Counted from the first letter of the whole stretch, positions 36,009-50,279 are shown. The stretch: DNA of 63,858 nt, filler included, from Octopus bimaculoides (GCF_001194135.2; 8 parts of 8 records of this genome joined end to end with filler, not necessarily neighbours in it), one strand, 5' to 3'. The notes: generated from the sequence alone by a model not told the origin. Translations and numbers: made by a program.

Positions 36009-36177
36009 GGAAGTTAAAAGTTATGGCCGATCATAGAGTGACCATTGGTTTCGCACCTATAAAGCGCTTAGCAGTACAGGTGACTCGTCAAAGTCTGCTG
36101 AGTCGCCTATACTGCTAAGTGGTTTATAGGTGCAAAACCAATGGTCAATCTATGACCGGCCATAACATTTAACTTCC
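36009..36177. mobile_element. Fold-back MITE (about 80-bp inverted arms, short loop), TAA-flanked
   Basis: GGAAGTTAAAAGTTATGGCCGATCATAGAGTGACCATTGG... versus ...CCAATGGTCAATCTATGACCGGCCATAACATTTAACTTCC. TAA at 36006-36008 and 36178-36180. Confidence 0.85.
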
Positions 36178-36304
36178 TAAAAAATGCATTACTGCTTTAA
36201 TGCTTTTGAGCATACTTCTTTTTGGGATATATGAACTACTGATGATATATCAACATGTGTGTATGTGTGTGTGCGCGCACACACGCATATATACATATAC
36301 AGTG

Positions 36305-36615
36305 AAGATGCGAGGCTTAGTGGTTAGGGTATTCGGCTCATGATCGTAAAGTCGCGAGTTCAATTCTCGGTGACGCGTTGTGTCCTTCAGCAAGACACTT
36401 TATTTCACGTTAATCCAGTTTACTCAGCTACCAAAAATGAGTAGTACCTGTATTTCAAAGGGCTAGCCTTGCCACATTCTGTATCACGCTGAATCTCCTT
36501 GAGAACTACGTTAAGGGTACACGTATGTATGGAGTGCTCAGCCACTTGCACGTTAATTTCATGAGCACGCTGTTCCGTTGATCGGATCAAGTGGAACCCG
36601 CGTCGCCACAACTTA
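36305..36615 (+). mobile_element. SINE family E
   Basis: GGCTTAGTGG A box, GAGTTCAATTC B box; homologous to 30388-30713. Confidence 0.85.
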
Positions 36616-37939
36616 CGGGCTAAGCTAAATTTTTGCCTCTTAATTACTTTTGTTGAAAGACTTGAGGAGGCCTGCGTGCAACCACAAAACATCTATTCCC
36701 CAATACTTTAAACGTCCGTACATGAAGACCAAAGTAACCAACACCTCTACTTGCACACACACACACACACACACTAAACCATCCACTATACATCCGTATC
36801 CAAGATCCATGATGCCTCGCACACAATTTCTTCAAAATTATGCCTTATTCTATCNNNNNNNNNNNNNNNNNNNNNNNNNNNNNNNNNNNNNNNNNNNNTT
36901 AATTAATTAANNNNNNNNNNNNNNNNNNNNNNNNNNNNNNNNNNNNNNNNNNNNATATATATATACCCATATGTATATCTACATATCCATGTGCGTATTG
37001 CTTATGAGTATATGTTGTCCATGCGGATGTATAAAATGATTTTTCTTGTTTTACAGTTTAACATTTGACACATATCAATTTTTTTTTTTTTTCAGTGTAG
37101 AAAAATATATATAAAAGTTAAAAACTCTTTCTTCGGCAGAGAGATGGGAGGTAAAGTAGATAAGAGTTTGGGGTGTAATAAAGCACACACACATACACAC
37201 GTGCGCGTGCACGCACACACACAAACACACACATAAACACAAACATATACATGTGTAAGTATATACATATACACACATATTTATAAACCCATACAGGTGT
37301 ATCAATATTTATATCTATCTGTCACTCTATCTTTCTATCGATAGATATATATAATTACTTTCAGGTTTTAAGTTTTGACGTTGACACAAATTTATTGTGT
37401 TTTAAAAATACACAAAATAATTTGTATGGTAGAAAGATGCGAAGTAAAACAGAAGTAGGTAGGGTGAGGATTCCATTAATTTACTCTGTAAAATGTAAAT
37501 TAGTATTCCAGAACATCTACTTATTGAAAATGACCCACAAATCTTTAGAATTTCGTGGTAATTACAACTCTGTCTAGACTGCACGTCAAAGCGATGTTTC
37601 AAATACACATTGATTATATCTATATTAAGTGATCTACCCTATGGTTGTATATAAACGCATTTAGTGTAACCGCTTTTTGGATGTTGTTTTATTTTTTAGT
37701 TTCCCTGTCAGTAAATAAGTACTTGTTATATACCACATTCTGAATCTGAGTGGGTTCCGTTAGAATTCAATCTTTATAAAAAGCTTCAGTTATATACTAG
37801 GGTTTCTGAAAGTTGATACATCAGTTATACAGTCCCTTTATAAGCCAAAAATAAAACTTGAGTAGATAAAATAACTAAGATAAATGGCTCTCGATTTATT
37901 TTAGTCTCAATAAAACGTGTCTCAATTTATTTCTATCTA

Positions 37940-38539
37940 TCTATCTATGTCGTCCCCCAGAACGCCCCAAGACTGTTTCCACACGTTTTCCCCATTCATC
38001 TCGATCTTCCATAGTGGTCCTCAGTTCCTGTACCCTTTCCATACCAGTATCCCCCAGCAAGTTGTCGATATCGGTCGTCTTCCTCCTTCCTCTCCTAGTT
38101 CTTACTTCCGTTGGTTGCCAGAGCTCTACCTTGTTAGTAATTCAATCGGTTTGTCTGATGCAGTGTCCATCTAGCCTCATCTTTCTATGCTCTATTTTTA
38201 ATGTTATTTTTGGTAGTCCCTGGTATAAGTCAGCGTTTGTTGTATGACTCATCCAGGAGACATTGAGTGCCATTCTAAGAACCCTCGTATAGCAACCGTC
38301 CAACTACTTCTTCGATGCTTTAGTGAGCGTCCATGTTTCAGCCCCGTATAGAAGATCAGACTCCACTGTTGCCAGAAACAACCTCGCTTTCAATTTCCTG
38401 CTAACTTTGAACTCCATACTTTTCTCAGCTTATGGCATGCGCCCCAGGCAAGAGCTTTCCTTGCTACGATGCCTTTTTCAGTACTTTGTGTCCACGCACC
38501 AAGGTATTTGAAATTTTCAACTACCTTCAGCGACTTACC

Positions 38540-38630
<91 letters not shown>

Positions 38631-39590
38631 ACTGACACAGGTATTTCGTGGTTGAATACTTGCAGCTCTGTTTTTTTTGCGTTGCAATACAATCCTACCT
38701 TCCCTGATTCTTGTTCTAATCTGCTCAGCACCTCCTGTGCCTGATCTGTCCTCTCTGTTAGTAATGCCAGGTCATCAGCATAGTTTATGTCAGTCACTGT
38801 TATTGCTTGATGTGGTCTGTTTATTTGCCTATGCAGTTTGCATCCCAGTTCTTTTTCCTTGCCCTCGTATGTTCTGCGCATTACGCAGCCCAGAACGATG
38901 GCGAAGAGATAAGGTGCTAGTGTGTCTCCTTGTAATACTCCGGCTTTGACTTCAAAGTATTCTGTCTCTCCATAAAGAGTGATCACTTTCGCTCTGCTGT
39001 TCTCATACAGCTTCCTTATTGCTCTCAGAATTCTTGGTGGAATATCATATGCTTTAAGTATCTTCTTCATCATTTCTCTATGTACTGAATCAAGAGCCTT
39101 TTAAAATTCTACATAGATAATGATAGCCTTCCTGTTATGGCTCTTAACTCCCTCTACCAGTCTTCGAAGTGCGACAATGTGAGATGTTGTTGACCGTCCT
39201 CATCTGAATCCATTTTGATTTGGTCACAATTGTTTGTCTATCTTAGGTTATATTCAGTGAAGTATCATTTTGTTGACCATTTTTGCAACAATGGATGACA
39301 GACTGATCTCTCTGTAATTCCCAATATCACTTAGGTCTCCAGTTTTGGGTAGCGGCAGCAAGTCTATTGCAGACCATTGTTTTGGCTTCACATTGTCATT
39401 TAGTAGTTTGTTTGCAAATTCAAGGATGATTCGTCTAATCACATCTTTTTAGTACTTCTGGTGGGATGTTGTCAGGACCAGTTTGTTTTCCTTCTTTCAG
39501 GTTACTAGTAGCTCTTTCTATTTCTTGTTTTGTGAAGTCTCCATTCTCGATTTGCAAACCGTCAAGTATCTTTATTTATTTCAGTCTTGA
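37940..39590 (-). pseudogene. RTE-group (RTEX-like) LINE reverse transcriptase, 5'-truncated, with stops/frameshifts
   Basis: LLPLPKTGDLSD.GNYR.ISLSS, NQNGFR, GVLQGDTLAPYLF, YADDLAL, FKYLG. A (GA)n tract is inserted in frame at 38541-38627. Confidence 0.9.
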
Positions 39591-39599
39591 TGAAACGGC

Positions 39600-39770
39600 T
39601 CTCTTTTCTACTCTAGGCACAAGGCCCGAAATAATTTTGGGGGAGAGGGGCAATCGATTGGATCGACCCCAGTACGCAACTAGTACTTAATTTATCGACC
39701 CCGAAAGGATGAAAGGCAAAGTCGACCTCGGCGGAATTTGAACTCAGAACGTAACGGCAGACGAAATAAC
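39600..39770 (-). mobile_element. SINE family B (young, near consensus)
   Basis: ATCGACCCCGAAAGGATGAAAGGCAAAGTCGACCTCGGCGGAATTTGAACTCAGAACG. Confidence 0.9.
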
Positions 39771-40322
39771 GATTTGTTTATTACCCAAAAAGGCTATACA
39801 AAGAGTTTTTATAGGACATCACAAAACACACAGACAGTACAAAACGTAACAAACATACAATCGGGGAACTAAAAATTACAAAAGCGAATGATGATAGTAG
39901 AAGGAAAATTAAAATAAAATGATAATATGCAAGAATGAAAGAAAGAGGCGCAATGTCCACTCGACCCCCGAAGTCGAGTGGTTAATTTATCCAGTTTTTC
40001 ACGTTTACTTAGAATTCATGTATACATTTTAACAGTTTTGCAACTCCAAAAATTGAAATACTCGCCTTATTTTTCTCCCATTAATCACTGTTACTTCCGT
40101 CTTTATCAACTGTAAATAATCAGTTCAGACTTTACTGGAGTTGATTTTTATCTGGATAGCCATACGGGTAGTGACCAGATGCAGGATGGAAAATAATTAG
40201 ACATAGAATGGGAGTTAAATAGATCAGCCTCTTTATAGGTCCTTGATGGTGACATAGGGACTGATTGAATAGAATAGAGTGATACGAAATATGAGCAGAT
40301 GGTGTTTATGGATAGATTAAGA

Positions 40323-40574
40323 GTGTGAGTAGATGAGAAAGTATGAGCAGAGCAGCAAATATTGGTAGACAGAGTATCATGGGTAGGTAAGGAAGTGTTG
40401 ATAGATAGACAAATATGGGTGGATGTGAAAATTTGGGTAGATGGTGAAATATGATTGGATATAAAAATGTGGGTGGATGAAGAAATCTGTGTAGACGATA
40501 AAATGTGGGTGGATGGAGCTATGTGGCTTGATGTGAAAATGTAGGTAGCTGGTGAGATATGGGTGGATGGAGTA
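40323..40574 (+). repeat. 18-nt tandem repeat (14 in-phase units; hexapeptide phi-W-V-D-x-x if translated)
   Basis: Trp-slot codons fall at exact 18-nt spacing from 40326 to 40560. Weaker similarity extends to about 40160 and 40800. Confidence 0.8.
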
Positions 40575-41507
40575 TAATCAAAGAATGTGGTAATGTGGGT
40601 AGATGAAAGAAAGTCGGAAGTTGTGGGCCAATACTACTAAAGAACAGAGCGGATAGTGTGGGTACATTGTTTGAATGTGGATAAATATGGCTGTGAAAAT
40701 ATAAAAATGACAGGAAGTTGAATACAGGGTGATTGTTGTGGGCAGATATTGATATTACTAGATGGGTATGCGGTGGGGGTTGTGGAGGGGGTACTAATGA
40801 TGTAGACTCATTAATTAAAGTATATTTGTTTTGTGTCAATGAAGTAAAATTGGATCTTGAATAATTTATGTAAAAACAAAAGTGAAAACACAAATTAATA
40901 AACTCATTAGTCTTTCATCAATATTCACTATAGTAATATCAGGAGATCGATGTTAAATCGAAATATTATTTTACATTGGTAGCATTATTTTTTCTTCTTG
41001 TTGCTTTGTTTTTCTTTTTAATAATGTTTTGGATCAAGCGTGGCCGTGTAGGCAAGAAGCTTACTTCGCAAATACAGTAGATTACGTTTCAATCCCTCGA
41101 CGCGGCATCTGGGGTATGTTTTCAACAGTTTCCTGGTGCTGGCAAATGCCTTCTTTGTCAATCTAAATATACGGACACAAAACATTCTGATATACATATT
41201 CACAGACATGTATATGTGTGTATCTACGTGTATGTAGATATAAACATATGAATATATATTTGAGCATGTGTATATGTATATCTATACATGTATATATGTG
41301 TATGTGTATATGTACGCATGCGTGTGTTTATGTATTTATGTATACCTGTATGTATCATGTAGGTATACAAATGAAGCGCAGCTGAGCTAAAATTAATAGC
41401 TTGGAGTAGCCAGCTGCGCATATATTTGGACAACAAAGACGAATGTGGCAGTATATGCATGTATGTATGTATGTATGTGTTCGTATGTATGCCCGTGTTG
41501 ATGCACG

Positions 41508-41579
<72 letters not shown>

Positions 41580-42824
41580 ATCAGGAGCAAATATTCAGGA
41601 TTAAATATTTATATAGATATTAATATTGGTATATATTATCGAAGGCACTATAAGTACCCGATAATAACAGCAGTACTAATATGAATGGTTGCATTATATA
41701 GCTATAGAATTAAAATTATATCAATCATAAGAATTCTNNNNNNNNNNNNNNNNNNNNNNNNNNNNNNNNNNNNNNNNNNNNNNNNNNNNNNNNNNNNNNN
41801 NNNNNNNNNNNNNNNNNNNNNNNNNNNNNNNNNNNNNNNNNNNNNNNNNNNNNNNNNNNNNNNNNNNNNNNNNNNNNNNNNNNNNNNNNNNNNNNNNNNN
41901 NNNNNNNNNNNNNNNNNNNNNNNNNNNNNNNNNNNNNNNNNNNNNNNNNNNNNNNNNNNNNNNNNNNNNNNNNNNNNNNNNNNNNNNNNNNNNNNNNNNN
42001 NNNNNNNNNNNNNNNNNNNNNNNNNNNNNNNNNNNNNNNNNNNNNNNNNNNNNNNNNNNNNNNNNNNNNNNNNNNNNNNNNNNNNNNNNNNNNNNNNNNN
42101 NNNNNNNNNNNNNNNNNNNNNNNNNNNNNNNNNNNNNNNNNNNNNNNNNNNNNNNNNNNNNNNNNNNNNNNNNNNNNNNNNNNNNNNNNNNNNNNNNNNN
42201 NNNNNNNNNNNNNNNNNNNNNNNNNNNNNNNNNNNNNNNNNNNNNNNNNNNNNNNNNNNNNNNNNNNNNNNNNNNNNNNNNNNNNNNNNNNNNNNNNNNN
42301 NNNNNNNNNNNNNNNNNNNNNNNNNNNNNNNNNNNNNNNNNNNNNNNNNNNNNNNNNNNNNNNNNNNNNNNNNNNNNNNNNNNNNNNNNNNNNNNNNNNN
42401 NNNNNNNNNNNNNNNNNNNNNNNNNNNNNNNNNNNNNNNNNNNNNNNNNNNNNNNNNNNNNNNNNNNNNNNNNNNNNNNNNNNNNNNNNNNNNNNNNNNN
42501 NNNNNNNNNNNNNNNNNNNNNNNNNNNNNNNNNNNNNNNNNNNNNNNNNNNNNNNNNNNNNNNNNNNNNNNNNNNNNNNNNNNNNNNNNNNNNNNNNATT
42601 CAACTGTGGCATGTCCCTCGCTATGGTTATTTTCCAGGAAATTCTGGCCACACGTCTTACGGTTCATCAACCCGCGTTGTTGAATTACTTTCTTCCGACA
42701 TACCTTCCCTTGGTGGATTAGGATCCAGTTAGCTCAAGACATCATCAGGAGGAACCACGTCCGGTTTCGGCCCCTACTCCTCTACCGTTTTGACGTGGCG
42801 GGGCTTCCCCTTGCGGAGGTGTCT

Positions 42825-43285
42825 GTTAAAGTTAGCTACAGTTACCTCCTTAAGATAGGGTCAATAATACTCAATCACAATAAATATAAACACATCAGAA
42901 ATACTCCAGAAATACAATGCAACTTCAGATCCCCCAAACTTTTTCCCTCTAAACAACAACTGTATCGAGAAAGAACTCGTATATAAGGCGAAGATCACGG
43001 ACCGCAACGAATAGTGAAGTCGTATATCGGAATGACAGGCAACTCGTTCAAGGAAAGGTATACACATCTTACGTCATTCAGAAACAAAAACAGAAAGCAT
43101 GCGACATCCTTATCAAATATGATATGGACATTGAAAGAAGGTGAAATAAGCAACCACCAGATAGAATAAAAAATTATTGTTAAAGCCAAAAATACAGAGG
43201 ACGGGGTACCAAATGTGATCTCTGTATTACTGAAAAATTAAACATTATACAATCAACAAATACCATCTTAAAGAATAGCGATGAA
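42825..43285 (+). mobile_element. Penelope-like element, C-terminal GIY-YIG endonuclease relic
   Basis: VKVSYSY...FPLNNNCIEKELVYKA...YIGMTGNSFKERY...TKCDLCITEK. Confidence 0.85.
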
Positions 43286-44304
43286 ACCTCTCCTACTTAC
43301 AGAAACAATATTTTACCCTCAAGTATTCTTAAGAAGAGCCTCTATAAAGGAGGGTAACCCTACGAGGATAGCCCCTTTCCTAAACGTGAACACACATAAC
43401 ACACAAACTTTACACAAAGAAGAAATATGCCCCAATGACGAACTACCTCAACATACAAGTACAAGACCACCATGCCTAGAACAAAAATAAAGAATTGAAA
43501 ATAATGCAAACAAATTAATCACAAAAAATTTACCAAAATGACAAATCCAAAGAGACAAACAACCAAAAGATGTCACTCAAGAGTAACACCCCTTGGTTCA
43601 TTGATTCACTATTTTATTTACGCGATTTTACGAGAAATCCCATGAACGAAGCGAGACTGTTTTCCAAAATGGAGGCGAACACCTTTCTCCATGTAATCGG
43701 CTTGTTAAGACACTAGGATATTTTCCTACTTTTCTTAACATGAGCCTTAATTCAAAAATAAAGAAATTATGTATCCACCAATGCGGTGTTGAGCACTTAT
43801 TTGATCGTTCGGCATTTAAGTATATAAATATATTATCGTCATAAACTAAACCAAAGTCTATTATTCGATTATTTTATATACCTTCTACGCACTTTCTCCT
43901 CTCTATCACAGTCTCTCTCTTCTCATTCTTACTCCCTTTTCATTCTCTTGAATCATAAATGAATTTACCAAAATATATTTTAGAAGCATTGTTTCAGATT
44001 CTTCAAAGACATTTCATCCATTTCTATTACGGTGTTTGTCGTTAGAATACTAAAGTCAATAATCTTATTTGACACCAACGCCTTTGGGAATTGAACTATC
44101 AGTGATAATTAGTGAGCAACCTAAACTGGATAGCTGCTATCTATTACCACCACACAATACCATACAATTGTTATTCTATCACCATTGAGAAATAATGACT
44201 GAACCAAGTAAGAACAGAGAAAAATTCAATGCTGTGTGTGTCTCTGGGGAGCATCGCCGAAGACCTCTTAAATACTATTGTTTAATTGAGTGTTTTTAAT
44301 TTGT

Positions 44305-44342
<38 letters not shown>

Positions 44343-44512
44343 NNNNNNNNNNNNNNNNNNNNNNNNNNNNNNNNNNNNNNNNNNNNTTAATTAATTAANN
44401 NNNNNNNNNNNNNNNNNNNNNNNNNNNNNNNNNNNNNNNNNNGAATATTGAACATTAAACTTAATACTCAACTGCAAGGTAACTATATAAACCGTGGTTT
44501 ATATATATATAT

Positions 44513-44551
<39 letters not shown>

Positions 44552-45104
44552 AGTTGAGAAGATAGAGAGGTAAGTAAATTAATTAATAAATTAAAACACT
44601 ATTTGTAAGTCGAATATCTTCAGAGGTAGTTAAAGATATACAAAATAGGTGTTCAATTCCTGCATGTTGAGTAAATGGCTGCAAATCGTTAACTGATAAC
44701 ATTTATACATAAATAACATTGTATAAAAAATGATAGAGCCCTTAGAAGGAGGAGCAAGGTTGTGTATACTGGAGTTGTAAAGTAAGAATATAACAATATA
44801 TTCATCTGGAGTGTTAAATAAAATAAAACTCATGTAGATATAATTGGTGAAAATGTGATATTGTGATATTATGTCTATCCTTATTAAATCAATAGAAAAT
44901 TAGTAGGTAGAGTTTAATTCAAGTGTGTAGAGCTATTTTTAATAATTAAGGTGGATGACATTCCAGGCAACCTATTAATTGTTATAGATATCAAAAGGGT
45001 TCACAGACCAATAAGAATATGAATTTAATATTAGGGTACATAAAGATTATAGAATATTTCATAGGTTATTTTCTTGTTAAACATCACTTTGATACCACTT
45101 CTTA

Positions 45105-45209
<105 letters not shown>

Positions 45210-46265
45210 GCACAAGTATATATATCACAGCACGTAGACATATATATACTCGCACACACACGTATGGCTGTGTGGTTGATGTGGATCTTGGTTCAAGCCT
45301 GGTGCACGCTTCTCGACGAGTGATGTGCTTTATATTATAAACCCGTACTAGTCAATGCCTTCATAGAAAATTTGGTAAATGAGAACACCACACACCCACA
45401 CACACACACACCCACACACATATCCATGCACCCACTCACGCTAGATGCGTGCACGTGTGCGCGCGACCGCACACAAACACACACACACACACACACACAC
45501 ACAACAGAAGGCACACACATAAGTAACACTCACACGTCTACATGTACATTTACTTACGTATATACAAGCAAACAAGCGAAAATAGCCTGTTGTTGATGCT
45601 GAAATTCCAATGAAAGAGCCTTGGATCTTGGCTAGAAATCGACTCTTTTTCTATTGGCAAGCAATTTTGAAATAAAACTAAATAATGACATACATACAAA
45701 TGTGTATATATATATACATATATACGTATACACACACATAAATACATACATACATACATACATGCATACACACACGCCCGCACGCACACACACACGTACA
45801 GATACGCATAAGACTAGTGATCAAAGAGACTCAAAGTAGACCTTGAAAAGAGAGTGCATATCATTGAGGATGTCGCGAATATATCTACGAGGAAGCTCTG
45901 AGAGTGAAAACTAATAACTTATTGATTGTTCAAACAACGCATTAAACAAGCCATTGAATACTTTGCTGACAAAGTAAAAAAAAAAGTGGTATTGAACCAG
46001 AGTGCGTAATTATTTATTTATTTTCATTGACATAATGACCCTCCCGAGGTACAACAACTGATATATATATATATGATGCGGAATATGAACGTAAATAAAT
46101 TAATTAAAAAGTCTCTATCTGATCTGATATAAACGAAATTGTTACAAACACACATATGGACGCACATACTTACATATAAGCACGAACACATAAGTGTGTG
46201 CACACATATGAGCGTGCACACATACGAGCTTGCACACACTCACATGCTCACACCAAACAGTTTCG

Positions 46266-46309
46266 AAACAACGCCAAAACAACGCCAAAACAACGCCAAA
46301 ACAACGCCA
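46266..46309. repeat. 11-bp minisatellite (AAACAACGCCA) x4
   Basis: Direct. Confidence 0.9.
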
Positions 46310-47361
46310 GATCATACATTCAAAATAAATGGAAGTGGAGAGAGAAGTTACTGAAGAGATTACAANNNNNNNNNNNNNNNNNNNNNNNNNNNNNNNNNNN
46401 NNNNNNNNNNNNNNNNNNNNNNNNNNNNNNNNNNNNNNNNNNNNNNNNNNNNNNNNNNNNNNNNNNNNNNNNNNNNNNNNNNNNNNNNNNNNNNNNNNNN
46501 NNNNNNNNNNNNNNNNNNNNNNNNNNNNNNNNNNNNNNNNNNNNNNNNNNNNNNNNNNNNNNNNNNNNNNNNNNNNNNNNNNNNNNNNNNNNNNNNNNNN
46601 NNNNNNNNNNNNNNNNNNNNNNNNNNNNNNNNNNNNNNNNNNNNNNNNNNNNNNNNNNNNNNNNNNNNNNNNNNNNNNNNNNNNNNNNNNNNNNNNNNNN
46701 NNNNNNNNNNNNNNNNNNNNNNNNNNNNNNNNNNNNNNNNNNNNNNNNNNNNNNNNNNNNNNNNNNNNNNNNNNNNNNNNNNNNNNNNNNNNNNNNNNNN
46801 NNNNNNNNNNNNNNNNNNNNNNNNNNNNNNNNNNNNNNNNNNNNNNNNNNNNNNNNNNNNNNNNNNNNNNNNNNNNNNNNNNNNNNNNNNNNNNNNNNNN
46901 NNNNNNNNNNNNNNNNNNNNNNNNNNNNNNNNNNNNNNNNNNNNNNNNNNNNNNNNNNNNNNNNNNNNNNNNNNNNNNNNNNNNNNNNNNNNNNNNNNNN
47001 NNNNNNNNNNNNNNNNNNNNNNNNNNNNNNNNNNNNNNNNNNNNNNNNNNNNNNNNNNNNNNNNNNNNNNNNNNNNNNNNNNNNNNNNNNNNNNNNNNNN
47101 NNNNNNNNNNNNNNNNNNNNNNNNNNNNNNNNNNNNNNNNNNNNNNNNNNNNNNNNNNNNNNNNNNNNNNNNNNNNNNNNNNNNNNNNNNNNNNNNNNNN
47201 NNNNNNNNNNNNNNNNNNNNNNNNNNNNNNNNNNNNNNNNNNNNNNNNNNNNNNNNNNNNNNNNNNNNNNNNNNNNNNNNNNNNNNNNNNNNNNNNNNNN
47301 NNNNNNNNNNNNNNNNNNNNNNNNNNNNATATATATATATATATATATATACATACATATA

Positions 47362-47538
47362 TGGCTGCGTGGTAAGAATCTTGCTTCCCAGTCACATGGT
47401 TCCTGGTTCAGTCTCTCTGCGTAGCACCTTGGGCCAGTGTCTTCTACTATAGCCTCGAGCCAACCAAACCCTAGTGAGTGGATTTGGCAGACGGAAACTG
47501 GAAGAAGCCCGTCGTACATTTATATATGTATATATCTG

Positions 47539-47591
<53 letters not shown>

Positions 47592-47790
47592 CCCACACCA
47601 TCGCTTGACAACCGAGGCTGGTGTGTCTATGTCCCTGTAAATTTAGCTGTTCAGCAAAAAAGAACGATACAATACGTACTAGGCTTACAAAGATTAAGTC
47701 CTGCGGTCAGTTCTGTCCACTATAGTTGAAGACTCTTTAAAGCGGTGCTCCAGCATGGCCATAGTCAAATGAATGAAACAAAAGAATAAA
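47362..47790 (+). mobile_element. SINE family A
   Basis: Head, central (GT)n and tail all present. Confidence 0.9.
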
Positions 47791-47887
47791 TATACATGCA
47801 TATATACATACACCTACATATACACATATTTATAAATAAATATATATAAGTATATATATACATATATACATACTTATACATACATGA

Positions 47888-47932
<45 letters not shown>

Positions 47933-48409
47933 NNNNNNNNNNNNNNNNNNNNNNNNNNNNNNNNNNNNNNNNNNNNNNNNNNNNNNNNNNNNNNNNNNNN
48001 NNNNNNNNNNNNNNNNNNNNNNNNNNNNNNNNNNNNNNNNNNNNNNNNNNNNNNNNNNNNNNNNTGCTTATGTATGTATATATATATAGATACACACGCA
48101 TACACACACACGCACACATACATACACACACATACACACACACACACACACATATATATATACATACATTTATGATATACATATACACCCGCACGCAACC
48201 ACATATACCGAAAAGGTTAAGCTTCACACGAGTAATTTCATATTAAATTTTCATTTTAGAATTTCATTATAAAACGTTGGAGGGCAAAGATTGATACTCT
48301 TTTCAATATTTAAGAGATTATATATACATGGAGACAGAAAGTGTGAAATACATAAAATTTTTACATAAAATGTATAGAAATGTCTTCGCTACAGTCTGAC
48401 ATATACCAT

Positions 48410-48790
48410 AAAACAACAGACTCAAAACATTACATACATTCTCATTCGTGTCATGCGGGTTATACAGAGGAAATGTGTCATATAATGCAGCCAAATGAAT
48501 CTGCACCCTTATATCTGATATGAAATGACACAACATACGATTTGAAGACGTTAAGGATACTCTTTCTAACAGAAATTTTCCATCATACTCTTAATCGATA
48601 ACGGAATACAAAAAAACAAGAAAATTTCTATCCAGACGCTAAGACGAAGAAAACAAAAGAAATATATTGGAAATGATTGGCTTGTCATATCTTTCCACCC
48701 ATAATCCTAAAAATAATGCCTTCAACATATTTCAAAACCTACAAACAGCGAAAAGGAAAATTAAGATGAATGGAATTGCCCAAGTAAGAC
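48410..48790 (+). mobile_element. Penelope-like RT C-terminal/linker relic
   Basis: GNVSYNAAK*ICTLISD...LIDNGIQKNKKISIQTLR...NPKNNAFNIFQNL; parallels 55700-55870. Confidence 0.55.
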
Positions 48791-49214
48791 ACATGTGCCA
48801 ATAACAAGCAATCATATTTTATAACCCTTTCCTGGTCAACAAAGAAAAGTAGACTATTAGTAATAGTCTACTTCTAGTACCACTGCCGATAGTTCTGCCA
48901 TATTTTGACCACAAAATTTTAATTTCCCAAGAAATGAATGTGAAATTTTGAAACTGTTATTACGAATGGTCGGTCTAATTTATTTCGATTCATTACATTC
49001 TTTCTATTTGCATGAATATGTATTGTTTTATTAATTGAAACCGGTAGCATATTGTGATGAAAACGTAATTATTCCTCGCTTTTGTGACAAAGACTTCAAA
49101 GTATTTTCTCAATTTACTTTTAAAGATGTGTACACGTGAACATGTATTCGCGTGTGTGTATGTGCATGTGTGTGTGTATGTGCGTGCGTACGTGTGTGTG
49201 TGTGTGTGTGTGTC

Positions 49215-49272
<58 letters not shown>

Positions 49273-49324
49273 NNNNNNNNNNNNNNNNNNNNNNNNNNNN
49301 NNNNNNNNNNNNNNNNNNNNNNNN

Positions 49325-49378
<54 letters not shown>

Positions 49379-49794
49379 GAGAGAAACAGACTGTTTATGG
49401 CTGCTTGAATAATTATATTAGATTCTGAGCTGAGCCATGATGCAAGATATTTTTGTTGACATTTGAATGTCAAAAATCCGTCCATTAAGACCGTACTTTC
49501 GAATTCGAATGGAATGAAAGAATAATGTCCTTCTAATAAGGAAGAACCTCTTATTAGAAGAGCATTAGAAATCAGAAAGGGCATTTGGCCATTAAACATT
49601 GCCGCAGTAAAATAAATATTCCTTTAGCGATGCCAACATGGAAAACGAACGTATCTAGAACGGACGAAGAAATGCATAACACGTACACACACTCAAACAC
49701 ACCTGGGGTTACACTGTGTGTTTTACACGCACACACCCACATACGCACAGACACAGTCATATATATTAATGTTTGCACATGTATCCAGTTATAA

Positions 49795-49945
49795 TGGTTT
49801 CAAAATTTGGTACAAGGCCAGCAATTTAGAAGGAGGGTGTAAGACGATTACATCGACCCACATGACCTAACTGTTACATATTTTATTGTACCCACGAGGG
49901 TGGAATTCAAAGTTGCCCTCAGCAGAATTTGAACTAAGAATTGTT
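49795..49945 (-). mobile_element. SINE family B, decayed
   Basis: AATTTGGTACAAGGCCAGCAATTT...CAGCAGAATTTGAACT. Confidence 0.7.
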
Positions 49946-50023
49946 TTCTATTCACCGCCTAATGCCATGTTATTATATAAACAGTTTTTCATTCGACTGA
50001 AGAATTACTCAGTACCTCACGTT

Positions 50024-50279
50024 TATCTTTGACTTGTTTCAGTCATTGGACTGCGATCATACTGGGGAACAAACCTGAGAAATTTTAGTCGAATTTTAGG
50101 CGCAGGAGTGGCTGTGTGGTAAGTAGCTTGCTTACGAACCACATGGTTCCGGGTTCATTCCCACTGCGTGGCACCTTGGGTAAGTGTCTTCTACTATAAC
50201 CTCGGGCCGACCAAAGCCTTGTGAGTGGATTTGGTAGACGGAAACTGAAAGGGAGCCCGTCGTATACATATATATAAAA

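Noticed and set aside
44600-45050. Possible LINE endonuclease relic (also 5260-5680)
   Set aside because: Only vague motif echoes amid many stops.
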